NCBI GenBank assembly: GCA_021792615.1
Contig: JAJYUJ010000022.1
Span: 1-43,805 of the forward strand
Reading direction: 5' to 3'
DNA: 43,805 bases
Origin: a bacterium
GTDB lineage: Bacteria > JAMCPX01
How positions within the stretch are numbered: the first letter of the stretch is position 1; the number at the start of each line of letters is the position of its first letter. Of this stretch, positions 7,819 through 17,405 are shown one piece after another. Under the pieces are notes generated by a model that was given only the letters and a program-made list of their open reading frames with translations, made no database searches and was not told the DNA's origin. The translations under genes were made by a program, and so were the position numbers.

Positions 7819-9145
7819 GTGCCCTCTTTTTTATTCCGGCAATCCTGAACAAAAATCCAATCATTTCCATAATATTTAATATACTCCTTAAGATCGCCCT
7901 GTAGGGTTCGTCCCCTATAAACATGTGCCATGTAATATTCGACATCCACTGTTTTTCTATGGGCCCCTTTCCTTCATCGTTGATCGTGTCAATAACCGCC
8001 CCGCCTAACCGACCGTGTGCGGTAATCACCGAATGCATAAAAAACATTGCCCTTCCGAACCTGTTGTCCCTGACAAACTTCATAACACATTCGGGATAAT
8101 AGCTGTCCCTGAACGCAGCTTCGTCAATACCGCGCATCATGACGGTCTGAGCGGCAGACATCGACGTGATGAAGGCGGATTCTATGCCGTTCTTCATGTA
8201 CCGGGATACACACGCATCGCCGACCATAACAACCCGGGTATAGAACGGCCGTACCGCCGCTGTTACCGGAAGTCTCGGATGACAGTGGCATACGGAAGTC
8301 AGGTTCACGTTCATGGCCTCATCAAGATGCAGGGCCTTCAGCTCTTCAACAAGCTCGGAAAATTTGACATGCTCCCCGATGCCGCTTACCGTAAGATACT
8401 TTCCTTTCGGGGTAATGGCCGTAAACAGGAACTTCGATTGCTTGCGCGAAAATATGTTTATGTAGCCCGTTATATCGCTTTCGCTCCCGGCCATAAGCTC
8501 TGTCTGGCATGTGTGCCAGTACCCGGGCTCGACATAACCGAACCTGAATTTTTTGCTCAGGCTGGAATTTACGCCGAATGCACCGACAATAAGCGCTGCC
8601 TTCAGTTCATGGGATTTGTTCATTTCATCCTGATACAGGACCGTACATTGTTCAACGACCGGATTTTGCGGTATACGTATGTCGGTAACCGTACCGTTTA
8701 TTACGGCAGCACCCCTTCTTTTTGCCTCTTCAAGCAAAAAAGAATCGAAACCGATAAATCCTTCCGATGATGCTTCACTGCGCGGGCCGACACCCCTGAA
8801 AACCGTATAGACCTTTGATGAAGGCCTCATGATAAGCGCATCCCTTCCCTGGATATTGAGCTTGAAGCCCTCCACGTTCTGACGAATTACCCTGCTGTCG
8901 AGCTTCAGTAAATCCAGATCCAAACCCGAGATCATGTTCACGATGTTCCCGCCCAGCACCCCGGCACACATGTTGCATCCGGTCGGGCCGTGTGCGACGA
9001 ACGACTTCCGTTCCAAGATGATCAGGTTCAGAGAGATACCGAGCTTTCTTGCAAGCCCGCTGATATGCATGACAAAAAAGCTGCCCGCAGGTCCTCCACC
9101 GAGTATCGCTACGGTATCACCGTCTTTAAGCTTCAGATAATCCAT
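7808..9145 (-). CDS. Geranylgeranyl-reductase-family FAD-dependent oxidoreductase (paralogue 2, with a CxxC at the conserved Cys position).
   Basis: 445 aa. N-terminus near-parallel to paralogue 1 (M..LKLKDGDTVAILGGGPAGS). LERKSF..HGPTGCNMCAGVLGG matches the GGR active-site Cys region. 11-nt overlap with the downstream paralogue. Confidence 0.7.
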   Translation of the reverse strand: MDYLKLKDGDTVAILGGGPAGSFFVMHISGLARKLGISLNLIILERKSFVAHGPTGCNMCAGVLGGNIVNMISGLDLDLLKLDSRVIRQNVEGFKLNIQGRDALIMRPSSKVYTVFRGVGPRSEASSEGFIGFDSFLLEEAKRRGAAVINGTVTDIRIPQNPVVEQCTVLYQDEMNKSHELKAALIVGAFGVNSSLSKKFRFGYVEPGYWHTCQTELMAGSESDITGYINIFSRKQSKFLFTAITPKGKYLTVSGIGEHVKFSELVEELKALHLDEAMNVNLTSVCHCHPRLPVTAAVRPFYTRVVMVGDACVSRYMKNGIESAFITSMSAAQTVMMRGIDEAAFRDSYYPECVMKFVRDNRFGRAMFFMHSVITAHGRLGGAVIDTINDEGKGPIEKQWMSNITWHMFIGDEPYRAILRSILNIMEMIGFLFRIAGIKKRAHGK

Positions 9146-9243
9146 TGCCGTAATTATACACCATTGCAGTATAAAAAGCTAAGCCGGCATAGCGGTACCG
9201 GTGAAACTGCAAATTTCTGTTCAAATGCTCCCGCTGATCTCTA

Positions 9244-9272
9244 TTGACATTCCATGAAAAGGCTATTAAAAT
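9244..9272 (+). promoter_or_regulatory. Strong sigma-70-type promoter for phd-relE: -35 TTGACA (9244-9249), 17-nt spacer, -10 TAAAAT (9267-9272).
   Basis: Read directly. Exact consensus -35, exact 17-nt spacing, 5/6 match to the -10. Followed by an AAGGTGA RBS and the ATG at 9297. Confidence 0.5.
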
Positions 9273-9296
9273 AGCTCTATAAGAAGGTGATACAGT

Positions 9297-9554
9297 ATGA
9301 AAATAGTAAATACGGTTGAATTAAAAAATAAGACAAATAAGCTTTTGCATGAAGTAATAAAGGGCGAACCACTCATCATTACCTACAGAGGAAAGCCGTC
9401 TGCATCTCTTATACCGCTTACAGAAGACGATATTGAAGACTTTATCATAGAAAACAGCCCTTCTATAAGAAGAAAGATAAGAAAAGCCGAAGAGGACATA
9501 AAAGCGAACCGAGTCATTTCGCTTGATGAATATTTATTAGGTAAAAAGTACTGA
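9297..9554 (+). CDS. Phd/YefM-family antitoxin.
   Basis: 85 aa. KPLIITYRGKPSASLIP..EDDIEDF is the Phd/YefM fold signature. The stop lies 2 nt before the RelE start. Confidence 0.75.
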   Translation: MKIVNTVELKNKTNKLLHEVIKGEPLIITYRGKPSASLIPLTEDDIEDFIIENSPSIRRKIRKAEEDIKANRVISLDEYLLGKKY

Positions 9555-9556
9555 GC

Positions 9557-9841
9557 GTGGATGCATTCACTGTTCAGATGACCGGTTCTGCGGTTGATGA
9601 TTTGCAGGATATCCAGTTGAGGTTCCGTGAACAAATAGTTGCTGCAATCAAAACGTTGTCTGCGAATCCTCTGGTTTCAGGAACAGGCATTAAAAAATTA
9701 AAGGGATTTAAGCCGCCGCTGTACCGGCTTCGCTCCGGAGATTATAGGGTTCTTTATAGAATAGAAGGCAGGACGATTACCATAATGCGAGTCATTGATA
9801 GAAAAGAGCTTGAAAAAACAATCAAAAGATTGCATTTCTAA
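9557..9841 (+). CDS. RelE/ParE-family toxin.
   Basis: 94 aa. YRLRSGDYRVLYRIEGRTITIMRVIDRKE is the canonical RelE/ParE C-terminal motif. Confidence 0.8.
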   Translation: MDAFTVQMTGSAVDDLQDIQLRFREQIVAAIKTLSANPLVSGTGIKKLKGFKPPLYRLRSGDYRVLYRIEGRTITIMRVIDRKELEKTIKRLHF

Positions 9842-10333
9842 GTCCCAGCTCACGAAACGGAAAATATCGTACGTTAAGGATCAGCGGGCCCATCTTCTGA
9901 TGGTAAAGGATTGAAAAATAACAACATTTTAATCTTCCCATAAGAAAGGTTATGTAAACTATTATATCTCATATACTATAAAATATGAATGGCGACCCTC
10001 CCAGCACTCATTACTGCCTATTATTCATCCTTTTCAGTTCACGGCGGTGCACTGTCCGCAGATTATTCCGTTCTGGTGTCCTCCGTATTTGGATAAAAGG
10101 GGCTAAAAATCATTTTAGAAAATCGGACAGACCAGTTTTGCATCCACGGCGCTCGTGGCTACGGACGTGAATGACCCCGGGGATCCAAAAATATTGACAA
10201 TCTCAGTTTGTTGTGATGTCATAAAATCAATTCGAAAAGCGAAGCTGACGCCATTCACCTCCGAAAGCAGATTGTTTTAGATTATTAAAACCCTGTAAGG
10301 GGATTAAATATTTAATTTATAAAGGAGGTTTTT

Positions 10334-11164
10334 ATGAAAAGCTTTACCTGTCAGCACCACACCGGGAAGCTTAAGTATTTCGTTATTCTCTTATTGGTTT
10401 CCGTATCAATATTTTTTCTCAGTATTCTTGCCTATGCAGACGAAGGTCAGACTTGCTACAATAATGGATGGCAACAGAACTATTGCAGTGACATAAATGT
10501 AGATGGTGTCAGAGACGAACTGTTATCTTCAAAGCCATTCTTAAAACTCTATGCCGCGCATAAGATATTACAGGCACCTGTATGTTACGGTATCGGACTG
10601 AGCCAGCTTGCAGAAGATATTGTGGCAAAGTACGCAGATATAGGATCAATTCCTTTTCTTTTAAGGATATTGAACCCAAGACGTGATAATCAATGCGGTT
10701 CAGGACTTGATATAAACTTACGAGCATTGGCTGCCCTCTCTATAGGTAAAATTGTAAATAAGCACATCGGCGACAAGCAAGGAGAAGACGAGATGGCTCC
10801 TGATGATGTTGTTGTTACATTGATTAATACACTTGGCGATGGCTATGATTTAAGGATACGAATGGCCTCGGCACAAGCTCTTGGAGATGTACGAGATGAG
10901 AAAGCAATACCTGTATTACAGACCATCGTATCAAACCCCAATGAAAACCCAACGTTACAATTCGTAGCCATGCAGTCCCTTGCAACCCTTCAATCGGTTG
11001 CAATTAACAAAGGCTGCTCGCGACAATCGGGACAGGCGAATGCGGATCCGGCTATCAGTGGTTCTGCAATTGGTGATCCTCCCCCCGATATTGCACAATC
11101 GGCACAAAACTATCTTTTACTCAATTTTGCTCCTACATATTATAGATTATCACCACAACCATAA
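10334..11164 (+). CDS. Exported HEAT-repeat (PBS-lyase-like) protein.
   Basis: AAAGGAGG RBS and a signal peptide. Repeated IPFLLRIL.../IRMASAQALGDVRDEKAIPVLQTIV units are typical of HEAT/PBS repeats. Confidence 0.65.
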   Translation: MKSFTCQHHTGKLKYFVILLLVSVSIFFLSILAYADEGQTCYNNGWQQNYCSDINVDGVRDELLSSKPFLKLYAAHKILQAPVCYGIGLSQLAEDIVAKYADIGSIPFLLRILNPRRDNQCGSGLDINLRALAALSIGKIVNKHIGDKQGEDEMAPDDVVVTLINTLGDGYDLRIRMASAQALGDVRDEKAIPVLQTIVSNPNENPTLQFVAMQSLATLQSVAINKGCSRQSGQANADPAISGSAIGDPPPDIAQSAQNYLLLNFAPTYYRLSPQP

Positions 11165-11179
11165 ATAATAGGAGGAAGT

Positions 11180-14100
11180 ATGAATATATGGAAACTACGG
11201 CATTATATTCCTGTAATTCTTATTTTAGCATTTTTTATCGGGGTGGATGCGTGCAGTAATGGGGCATCCTGGTCGGCCACTACATTTTCGTGCACTCTTC
11301 CGCCACCTGCAAATTATCCGCCTCTTTCAGAGTATATTAACAGTATTCATATTACCAATCAAAACGGTGTTTCTGTCCCAGGGCCGATCCTTGAATATGG
11401 TGTACAATATGAGCTTATGATTAAATTCAGTGTACCGATAGCAGGATTTCCTATGACCGTGTTGACTTCATATCCTGCAGGTACCTGCGCAGGTGAACCG
11501 AACATAATAATAGTGGGGCCTCCATCGATTTCTACTGATGGTTTGACTGTAGCGATACCAATAACAACCCCCGCATCTCAGTCCGGAGTGAGCGGATCCG
11601 GGTGCCCTTATTATCCGTATGGTTATCAAATAAACATATGTGGCGCCGGCTCTGCGGAATGCTTAGGTTTTTTTAGTATAACTACAGTAAACGCAATCAG
11701 TTATCAGGGTACTAATACGCATGTACTCGCCGGTGGATTTTCATTCAATGTCTGGCTGAACAACCTTGATAATGACTTTCCCTATATCATGAGTTTTACA
11801 CCCGGATATCCGGCCCCTATTGACAGCTATCCTCCGCCCGTGCCTGTCTCTGGATATTTCCCTCCCCATTCGCCGATAAATGTGGTGTTTAGTGAAATAA
11901 TGATGGGAGGGACAAGCATGCCTATCTCCATGCTGTATAGCAGGAACAATGCTTCAGAAGGCGATGTGTTTACGCCGTCCGAGTTACCGGAGATAAGTTT
12001 TACCCGTACTGATACAAGTAACAATCAGACTATTCTTATATCAGATGGATTACTCGAACCTGCCAGCGAATATATGTTTACTTTTTTATCGGCAAGCAAT
12101 CTCGATTTATATCATAGTCTGTACGGAAATCAGGATTCCTCAGGGATGCCGCTGTTTCCTTATGTGAATACCATTAATTGTGCGCAGAGTGATAAGGCTT
12201 GTATAGAGAATGCTTATTGGTCTGCTATTGAAAATGGCATTCCCAATGACCTTCGAGCCTTCAATACAAGCCTGGTAAGAATAGAAGGTCCATCTTACCC
12301 TGCATTCAGCGGTTTCAATGAAAGGGATGCTATCTATGTTACACCGACATCACTCTCGCTCAATGTTACCGGCAGCACTGGTACCGGTGTAAGTGCGGTA
12401 CAGTTTACTGCAGAGTCTTATTTAAACGGCGCGATAACTCCATTGGGCTCTACCAGTGTAACAAACAATCAATTTTCTGCTAACGTGCCTTTTACCGGTC
12501 TTACCGATGGTCCCTATTATTTTGTGGCACAGGAGACCGCAGACAATAGTTATGACTTCATACCAGTTGTAAAAGACACTGTCCCTCCGGCTGCTCCTGG
12601 GAGTGTAATAATATCACCGACGGATATGAACATAGACAATATGCAGGACTTGAATTCTGTTTGTGCGACGGCGACTACATCGAACATAGAAGAAGCGCAG
12701 CTGTACATAGTGGATCCTAATAATCAGATTACTTACATAACATCGGTAACTCTGCCCGCTAATATGACGAGTTCGCAGGGATACCAATTCTGTTTCAGCA
12801 ATATCGGTGTTCCTCTTACAGTTACCGATATAGGGCAGAACGAGGCTGGTTATCCAGTAAATATTCTGGCAGCAGGGATTTATACTGTAGAAATAACGTT
12901 TGTTGATTTCGGAGGTTTGGAAAGTACCGCAGGAACAGCACAGCTGAAAATACACCCTGAGATAAACTACGTCATAAAAGACAACGCAACTGCGGGATCG
13001 TCTTACGACGGTTGCCCGGGACAAACATTCGCTGTTTACGGTGATGGCTTTAATTTAACCAATACCACGGTTTTTGTTAATGGTATAGCATGGCCTACAA
13101 CGCCATACGCAGTTTATACAAACTGGGGCATCTTATATGGACAACCAATTCCAACTTCTATAGCTTTATCCACAGCTATGCCGCCAAACGCGATATCCGG
13201 ATATATAACAGTTGCAACCAACGGCGTAGCAAGTGTACCGGGCACATCACCTTCTTTAGCCAATACTAAAGTAATAGTGCCGCGGGCAATAGATAAGTAT
13301 GTAGATACAGGGTATACACCCATCGGTATATCAATGGTGCTCGATCAGTTTGATAATCCGCTCATTGCAGCAACTGATGGGAATAAATTGTATTTTAGAT
13401 ATTGGGATGGGGATGAGTGGACAGATCCTACCAGAACTTTATTTGGATCTACACAGACAACAAGCGTACTTGATTCTGCACCCTCATTATCATCATCGAA
13501 TGTAAATGGTTGGACGTTCGGAATAGCTCCAAAGATTTCCCTTGCACTTGATGCGTCTGGTAATCCCGCAATTGCTTATGCAAAGGCAACATTAGTTAAT
13601 GGTATTCCTTCTGTTCGCATATATTATTTAAGAGGCACAAAAAATACGGATGGGACATATTCGTTTCCACCGCCAATATTAGCACCGACAATAATACCAA
13701 ATTATGTGTTAGTAGATACATTTACTCCGTGTCAGAATGAAGGTTCTCTGGGATGGTTCTGTGATCCGGGATGGTTGGATAACAATTATTCTATAAACTT
13801 GGTTTTTGATACCAATCCTCCTTCATTATATGCCGCGCTTAAAAATGCTCCTATTATTTCATATAGAAGTGGCGATTACACTGGAAACCAGGTGCTTAAA
13901 ATAGCAGAGATTCTTAGTAGTAACCAAACTGGTAATACAGGTGTTCCATGGATTTCAACAATTGCAAATGCAATAACAGAACCAGCAGGGTTATGCAGCG
14001 GATATAATATTCCTATGTGGGGTGCACAGTATGTATCTATGAATAAAGATCAATCTGGTAATATTGGCCTTATTTACAATCTTGCATATTGTGATGATAA

Positions 14101-15937
14101 CGCTGCTCCTAATCAAAGCTATATATATTATGCACAAAGAACAACAGATACGAATGGACTTATTACATGGCAAAACGATGTTTCCGACTCAGGGTATTCT
14201 GCTTTATCCATACCATCTCTAATAATAAATTATAGCAATCCAACATTTGCCTTGAATAATGGAGGGCATGAGCTGATATTTAAAGGTATTGGAAACCCTC
14301 CATCTTCATGGAACGGTTTTACCATAGACACTATACCATACTCAAGTTTTGTATATACTTCGCTCGGATTTAATAGCGATAATAATGGATTAGCAGTAGT
14401 TTACTATGACCCTACTAATAAAACATTAAAAACGGCAGACGGTAATAACTGGATGCCCAATATAGCTGATATGGGTATTAACGTAGGTAGTGCAAATGCT
14501 GTTGCAATAGATAGTGCCGGTAAAGCCGATATTGCATATAGTGACAGCTACAATGGCAAACTACTCTTCTTTCAGGAGGCAAACGGAGACTTCATATCAA
14601 CGAATCCTAATTATGTTAACAGTCCGACATCATGTGATGCAAATAAGTTTGAAAAGGTTAATATACCAGCATCTACTATAAATTCCCTTGCAAGCAATCT
14701 TGTGACAGATACCTCTATAAATTTACCATTCCCATTAAATATAGGTTATATTGGTATTGAAGCAAATGAGAATAATTTACCAATGTTTCTCTTCGGAACA
14801 CTCCATTCCGGACATGCTATAAGAATAGATCAGAATGCAAGCACTAATCCCACCTCGTTTACATTTACATTCTATAACGAAGATAATTCATTCTTAAATC
14901 CTGCACAAGGTATAAAAGATATTGGATTTGATCTTCTTGCTTTGGAGAATAACATCATATCATTCAATACAGACTTTATGGATTCTAGCGATCCCTTATA
15001 CTCCTCTTTATTACATAATTTTTCCTTTTCTATCTCCTCAAACAATGTCACTATTACAAACACATTAACGGGTGGCGGTTTCTATGGATTTGTAAATATA
15101 GGGAATGGGAGCTATGTAGGGATTCCTTATGGTCTTTCAAAGCCCTGTCCACCCGGATCTACCTCAACATGGGGAGGATACGCATGTGATATTAGAAACG
15201 TAACAATGAGTGATTTCTTCAGTTACTTCTTTCCACCCAATATTGGGGCAAATTTTCAATTGATGGTAGCTTTATGGATAGGGAGTAATTATACATCGGA
15301 GACGGTACAAGACTTTTTTACAAGTAGCAATATAACCATAATAATGAACGGTTTTCAGTTTCCTGTGATACCATCACCGATAGATATAATCTCTCAGAGT
15401 AGTGGTTATGCACCATCTCATATATTTATAGATTTAAGCAACATTCAGTACAATGGTTTAATAGGTAACAATATTCATCAGGGTGCTCTGGATTTTAAGG
15501 TAAATATGTTTGCAGAAGCATGGATAAATGGTGGGACAGTTACTTGTGGAGGCGGGAGTGAGGGCATTCACATACCAATTGTGCCCAATACTCCAAATAG
15601 CCTAATCCAGTACACCACTCCACAATATATAACTTCCAATATGATTAACCTATTTGCCATAGATGGAACATTTGTCCCTCTTTTAGATGCCACATGTTCT
15701 GCTCATATTCAATCGATGCTTGAGAAATGGGGAGCGGAACTGATGGGTATATCCTTGACTTTTGGTATACCTGAGCAAACAGGAGGTATACTGTCAGGTC
15801 TGTTTTATGCATCACAATTCCTTACAAATGAAGTTGTAAATACCTCTTCTCTTTCTACTTACCTATCTACACAAGTGGAACTTAACAGCATGGTTCTATC
15901 AACCAACGGCTTGGATGTGTATATAAGGGGGCAATAG
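11180..15937 (+). CDS. Giant exported surface protein (1585 aa), rich in Asn, Thr, Ser and Gly. Has Ig-like/IPT-like segments and repeated blade-like segments. Function unknown.
   Basis: AGGAGGAAG RBS 16 nt after the HEAT gene stop. N-terminal signal peptide. Single uninterrupted 4.76-kb frame; the antisense ORFs inside it are short. AT-rich composition. Contains IPT/TIG-like CPGQTFAVYGDGFNLTNTTVFVNG and repeated D.SGNP.IAY... units. Confidence 0.7.
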   Translation: MNIWKLRHYIPVILILAFFIGVDACSNGASWSATTFSCTLPPPANYPPLSEYINSIHITNQNGVSVPGPILEYGVQYELMIKFSVPIAGFPMTVLTSYPAGTCAGEPNIIIVGPPSISTDGLTVAIPITTPASQSGVSGSGCPYYPYGYQINICGAGSAECLGFFSITTVNAISYQGTNTHVLAGGFSFNVWLNNLDNDFPYIMSFTPGYPAPIDSYPPPVPVSGYFPPHSPINVVFSEIMMGGTSMPISMLYSRNNASEGDVFTPSELPEISFTRTDTSNNQTILISDGLLEPASEYMFTFLSASNLDLYHSLYGNQDSSGMPLFPYVNTINCAQSDKACIENAYWSAIENGIPNDLRAFNTSLVRIEGPSYPAFSGFNERDAIYVTPTSLSLNVTGSTGTGVSAVQFTAESYLNGAITPLGSTSVTNNQFSANVPFTGLTDGPYYFVAQETADNSYDFIPVVKDTVPPAAPGSVIISPTDMNIDNMQDLNSVCATATTSNIEEAQLYIVDPNNQITYITSVTLPANMTSSQGYQFCFSNIGVPLTVTDIGQNEAGYPVNILAAGIYTVEITFVDFGGLESTAGTAQLKIHPEINYVIKDNATAGSSYDGCPGQTFAVYGDGFNLTNTTVFVNGIAWPTTPYAVYTNWGILYGQPIPTSIALSTAMPPNAISGYITVATNGVASVPGTSPSLANTKVIVPRAIDKYVDTGYTPIGISMVLDQFDNPLIAATDGNKLYFRYWDGDEWTDPTRTLFGSTQTTSVLDSAPSLSSSNVNGWTFGIAPKISLALDASGNPAIAYAKATLVNGIPSVRIYYLRGTKNTDGTYSFPPPILAPTIIPNYVLVDTFTPCQNEGSLGWFCDPGWLDNNYSINLVFDTNPPSLYAALKNAPIISYRSGDYTGNQVLKIAEILSSNQTGNTGVPWISTIANAITEPAGLCSGYNIPMWGAQYVSMNKDQSGNIGLIYNLAYCDDNAAPNQSYIYYAQRTTDTNGLITWQNDVSDSGYSALSIPSLIINYSNPTFALNNGGHELIFKGIGNPPSSWNGFTIDTIPYSSFVYTSLGFNSDNNGLAVVYYDPTNKTLKTADGNNWMPNIADMGINVGSANAVAIDSAGKADIAYSDSYNGKLLFFQEANGDFISTNPNYVNSPTSCDANKFEKVNIPASTINSLASNLVTDTSINLPFPLNIGYIGIEANENNLPMFLFGTLHSGHAIRIDQNASTNPTSFTFTFYNEDNSFLNPAQGIKDIGFDLLALENNIISFNTDFMDSSDPLYSSLLHNFSFSISSNNVTITNTLTGGGFYGFVNIGNGSYVGIPYGLSKPCPPGSTSTWGGYACDIRNVTMSDFFSYFFPPNIGANFQLMVALWIGSNYTSETVQDFFTSSNITIIMNGFQFPVIPSPIDIISQSSGYAPSHIFIDLSNIQYNGLIGNNIHQGALDFKVNMFAEAWINGGTVTCGGGSEGIHIPIVPNTPNSLIQYTTPQYITSNMINLFAIDGTFVPLLDATCSAHIQSMLEKWGAELMGISLTFGIPEQTGGILSGLFYASQFLTNEVVNTSSLSTYLSTQVELNSMVLSTNGLDVYIRGQ

Positions 15938-15938
15938 A

Positions 15939-17258
15939 ATGCAAAAGAATATAAAAATAAAAACAGTAGCAATAGTACTTACTTTATTCATTATAAGCTT
16001 TTTGGGGGAGAGCTGCAGTAGTATACCTAACAAAATTACGCTTTTCTCGCCAGCACCGCCTATTCTTTATAAGGCAGTAATTGCTGGTAGTGGCATAGTA
16101 GGGTTATACTGGTCTGAACCTACGTTCGGGGGATCATCAACTGCAGGTATCACTTATGAAATTTATATGACTAAAAGTGTGAATGTGCCTCTTCAGAAAA
16201 TTGCCTCTTCAACAACATGTTTTGGATATGCAACTGGATTAAATATCGATACAATATATTGGTTCGCTGTAAGGGCAAATTATAACGGTGCAGAGAGTCA
16301 ATTCTCTAATATGATAAGCATGACGACGTGGCCTACGTATACGATAACCAACTCAGAGCCTATGGCAATAGCCATAGATAACAATAATAATGTGTGGGTT
16401 ACGGGCGTTAGCTTAGAAAATAATATTTATCTTACTGGATTAACACCGACAGGAACTATTATAGGTAATTATCCTCTAGGGAACAATCAAACATTTTTTC
16501 CGGGAGATATAGCTATAGATGCTCAAGATCATTTATTGATAACTAATTTGTCCGGCAATTATATAATCAAGATCGGTCAGACAGGTAACATCATTGGCGA
16601 GTATACTGTTGGGAATAATCCTTACGGTATAGCTATAGCCCATAGCGGGAATATATGGGTTAATAGTGCCAATAATGTTGTAACAAACTTAACATCGAAC
16701 GGATCTATTATCGGAACTTATTCTGGTGGGGGACCTTTAGGAGGTATAGTCATAGATGCTAATGGAAATATATGGACAGTAAATGAAGGAGATGCAACTG
16801 TCACAGCATTGACCCCGACAGGTTCTGTTATCGGTACTTATTCAGTGGGAAATCAGCCCACAGGTATAGCCATAGCCCCCTCCGGTAATGTCTGGGTGGT
16901 CAATTATGGAAATAATTCTGTTACAGCATTGACCCCGACAGGTTCTGTTATCGGTACTTATTCAGTGGGAAATCAGCCCACGGGTATAGCCATAGATGCT
17001 AATGGAAATGTATGGGTGGCAAATTCTGGAGATGCAACTGTCACGGAATTGAACCCAACAGGTACTGTTATTGGTACAATTAATAGTTATGCATATACTC
17101 CAGGAACCCCCCAGTTCTTAGGAGGTATAGCAATAGATGGCTCTGGCAATATATGGGTAACACCACCGATCATCTCCTCCTCAAATTTTGTTATAGAACT
17201 TGTCGGCGTTGCCAAAGGCCCGCAATACTTTCCGTATACTGGCCCACAATGGCCGTGA
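15939..17258 (+). CDS. NHL-repeat beta-propeller lipoprotein with an N-terminal fibronectin-III-like segment.
   Basis: The start is 2 nt after the giant gene stop. Lipobox LGESC. Six or more repeats of the form TPTGSVIGTYSVGNQPTGIAI(D/A).(N/S)GN.WV, which is the NHL / SMP-30 / streptogramin-lyase-like blade pattern. Confidence 0.7.
   Translation: MQKNIKIKTVAIVLTLFIISFLGESCSSIPNKITLFSPAPPILYKAVIAGSGIVGLYWSEPTFGGSSTAGITYEIYMTKSVNVPLQKIASSTTCFGYATGLNIDTIYWFAVRANYNGAESQFSNMISMTTWPTYTITNSEPMAIAIDNNNNVWVTGVSLENNIYLTGLTPTGTIIGNYPLGNNQTFFPGDIAIDAQDHLLITNLSGNYIIKIGQTGNIIGEYTVGNNPYGIAIAHSGNIWVNSANNVVTNLTSNGSIIGTYSGGGPLGGIVIDANGNIWTVNEGDATVTALTPTGSVIGTYSVGNQPTGIAIAPSGNVWVVNYGNNSVTALTPTGSVIGTYSVGNQPTGIAIDANGNVWVANSGDATVTELNPTGTVIGTINSYAYTPGTPQFLGGIAIDGSGNIWVTPPIISSSNFVIELVGVAKGPQYFPYTGPQWP
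16741..17100 (+). repeat. Three tandem 120-bp units inside the NHL gene. Units 1/2 and 2/3 share 59-nt perfectly identical cores (16803-16861 and 16923-16981).
   Basis: Direct comparison: acagcattgaccccgacaggttctgttatcggtacttattcagtgggaaatcagccca occurs twice in phase. Confidence 0.75.
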
Positions 17259-17405
17259 AGGCAGGCTCACTTCAAAGGTCCAACCCGTCCAATAAACGTC
17301 CCTTTTTTGGTCATCCATCGATGCCGAGCTTTTCAGAGGGAAGCCCCTACCCTGTTTTTGATACCCCTTTTTTGGACACCTGTTATTGCGACAAAAATGG
17401 GAGTT

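Noticed and set aside
9985-10170. 61-aa ORF in the 490-bp gap before the exported operon.
   Set aside because: Arg-rich translation of a GC-rich spacer with no start context. Probably spurious.
11827-15063. Several 60-136-aa antisense ORFs inside the giant exported-protein gene.
   Set aside because: They are fully embedded in a continuous 4.76-kb sense frame that has a signal peptide and a strong RBS. They are typical shadow ORFs.
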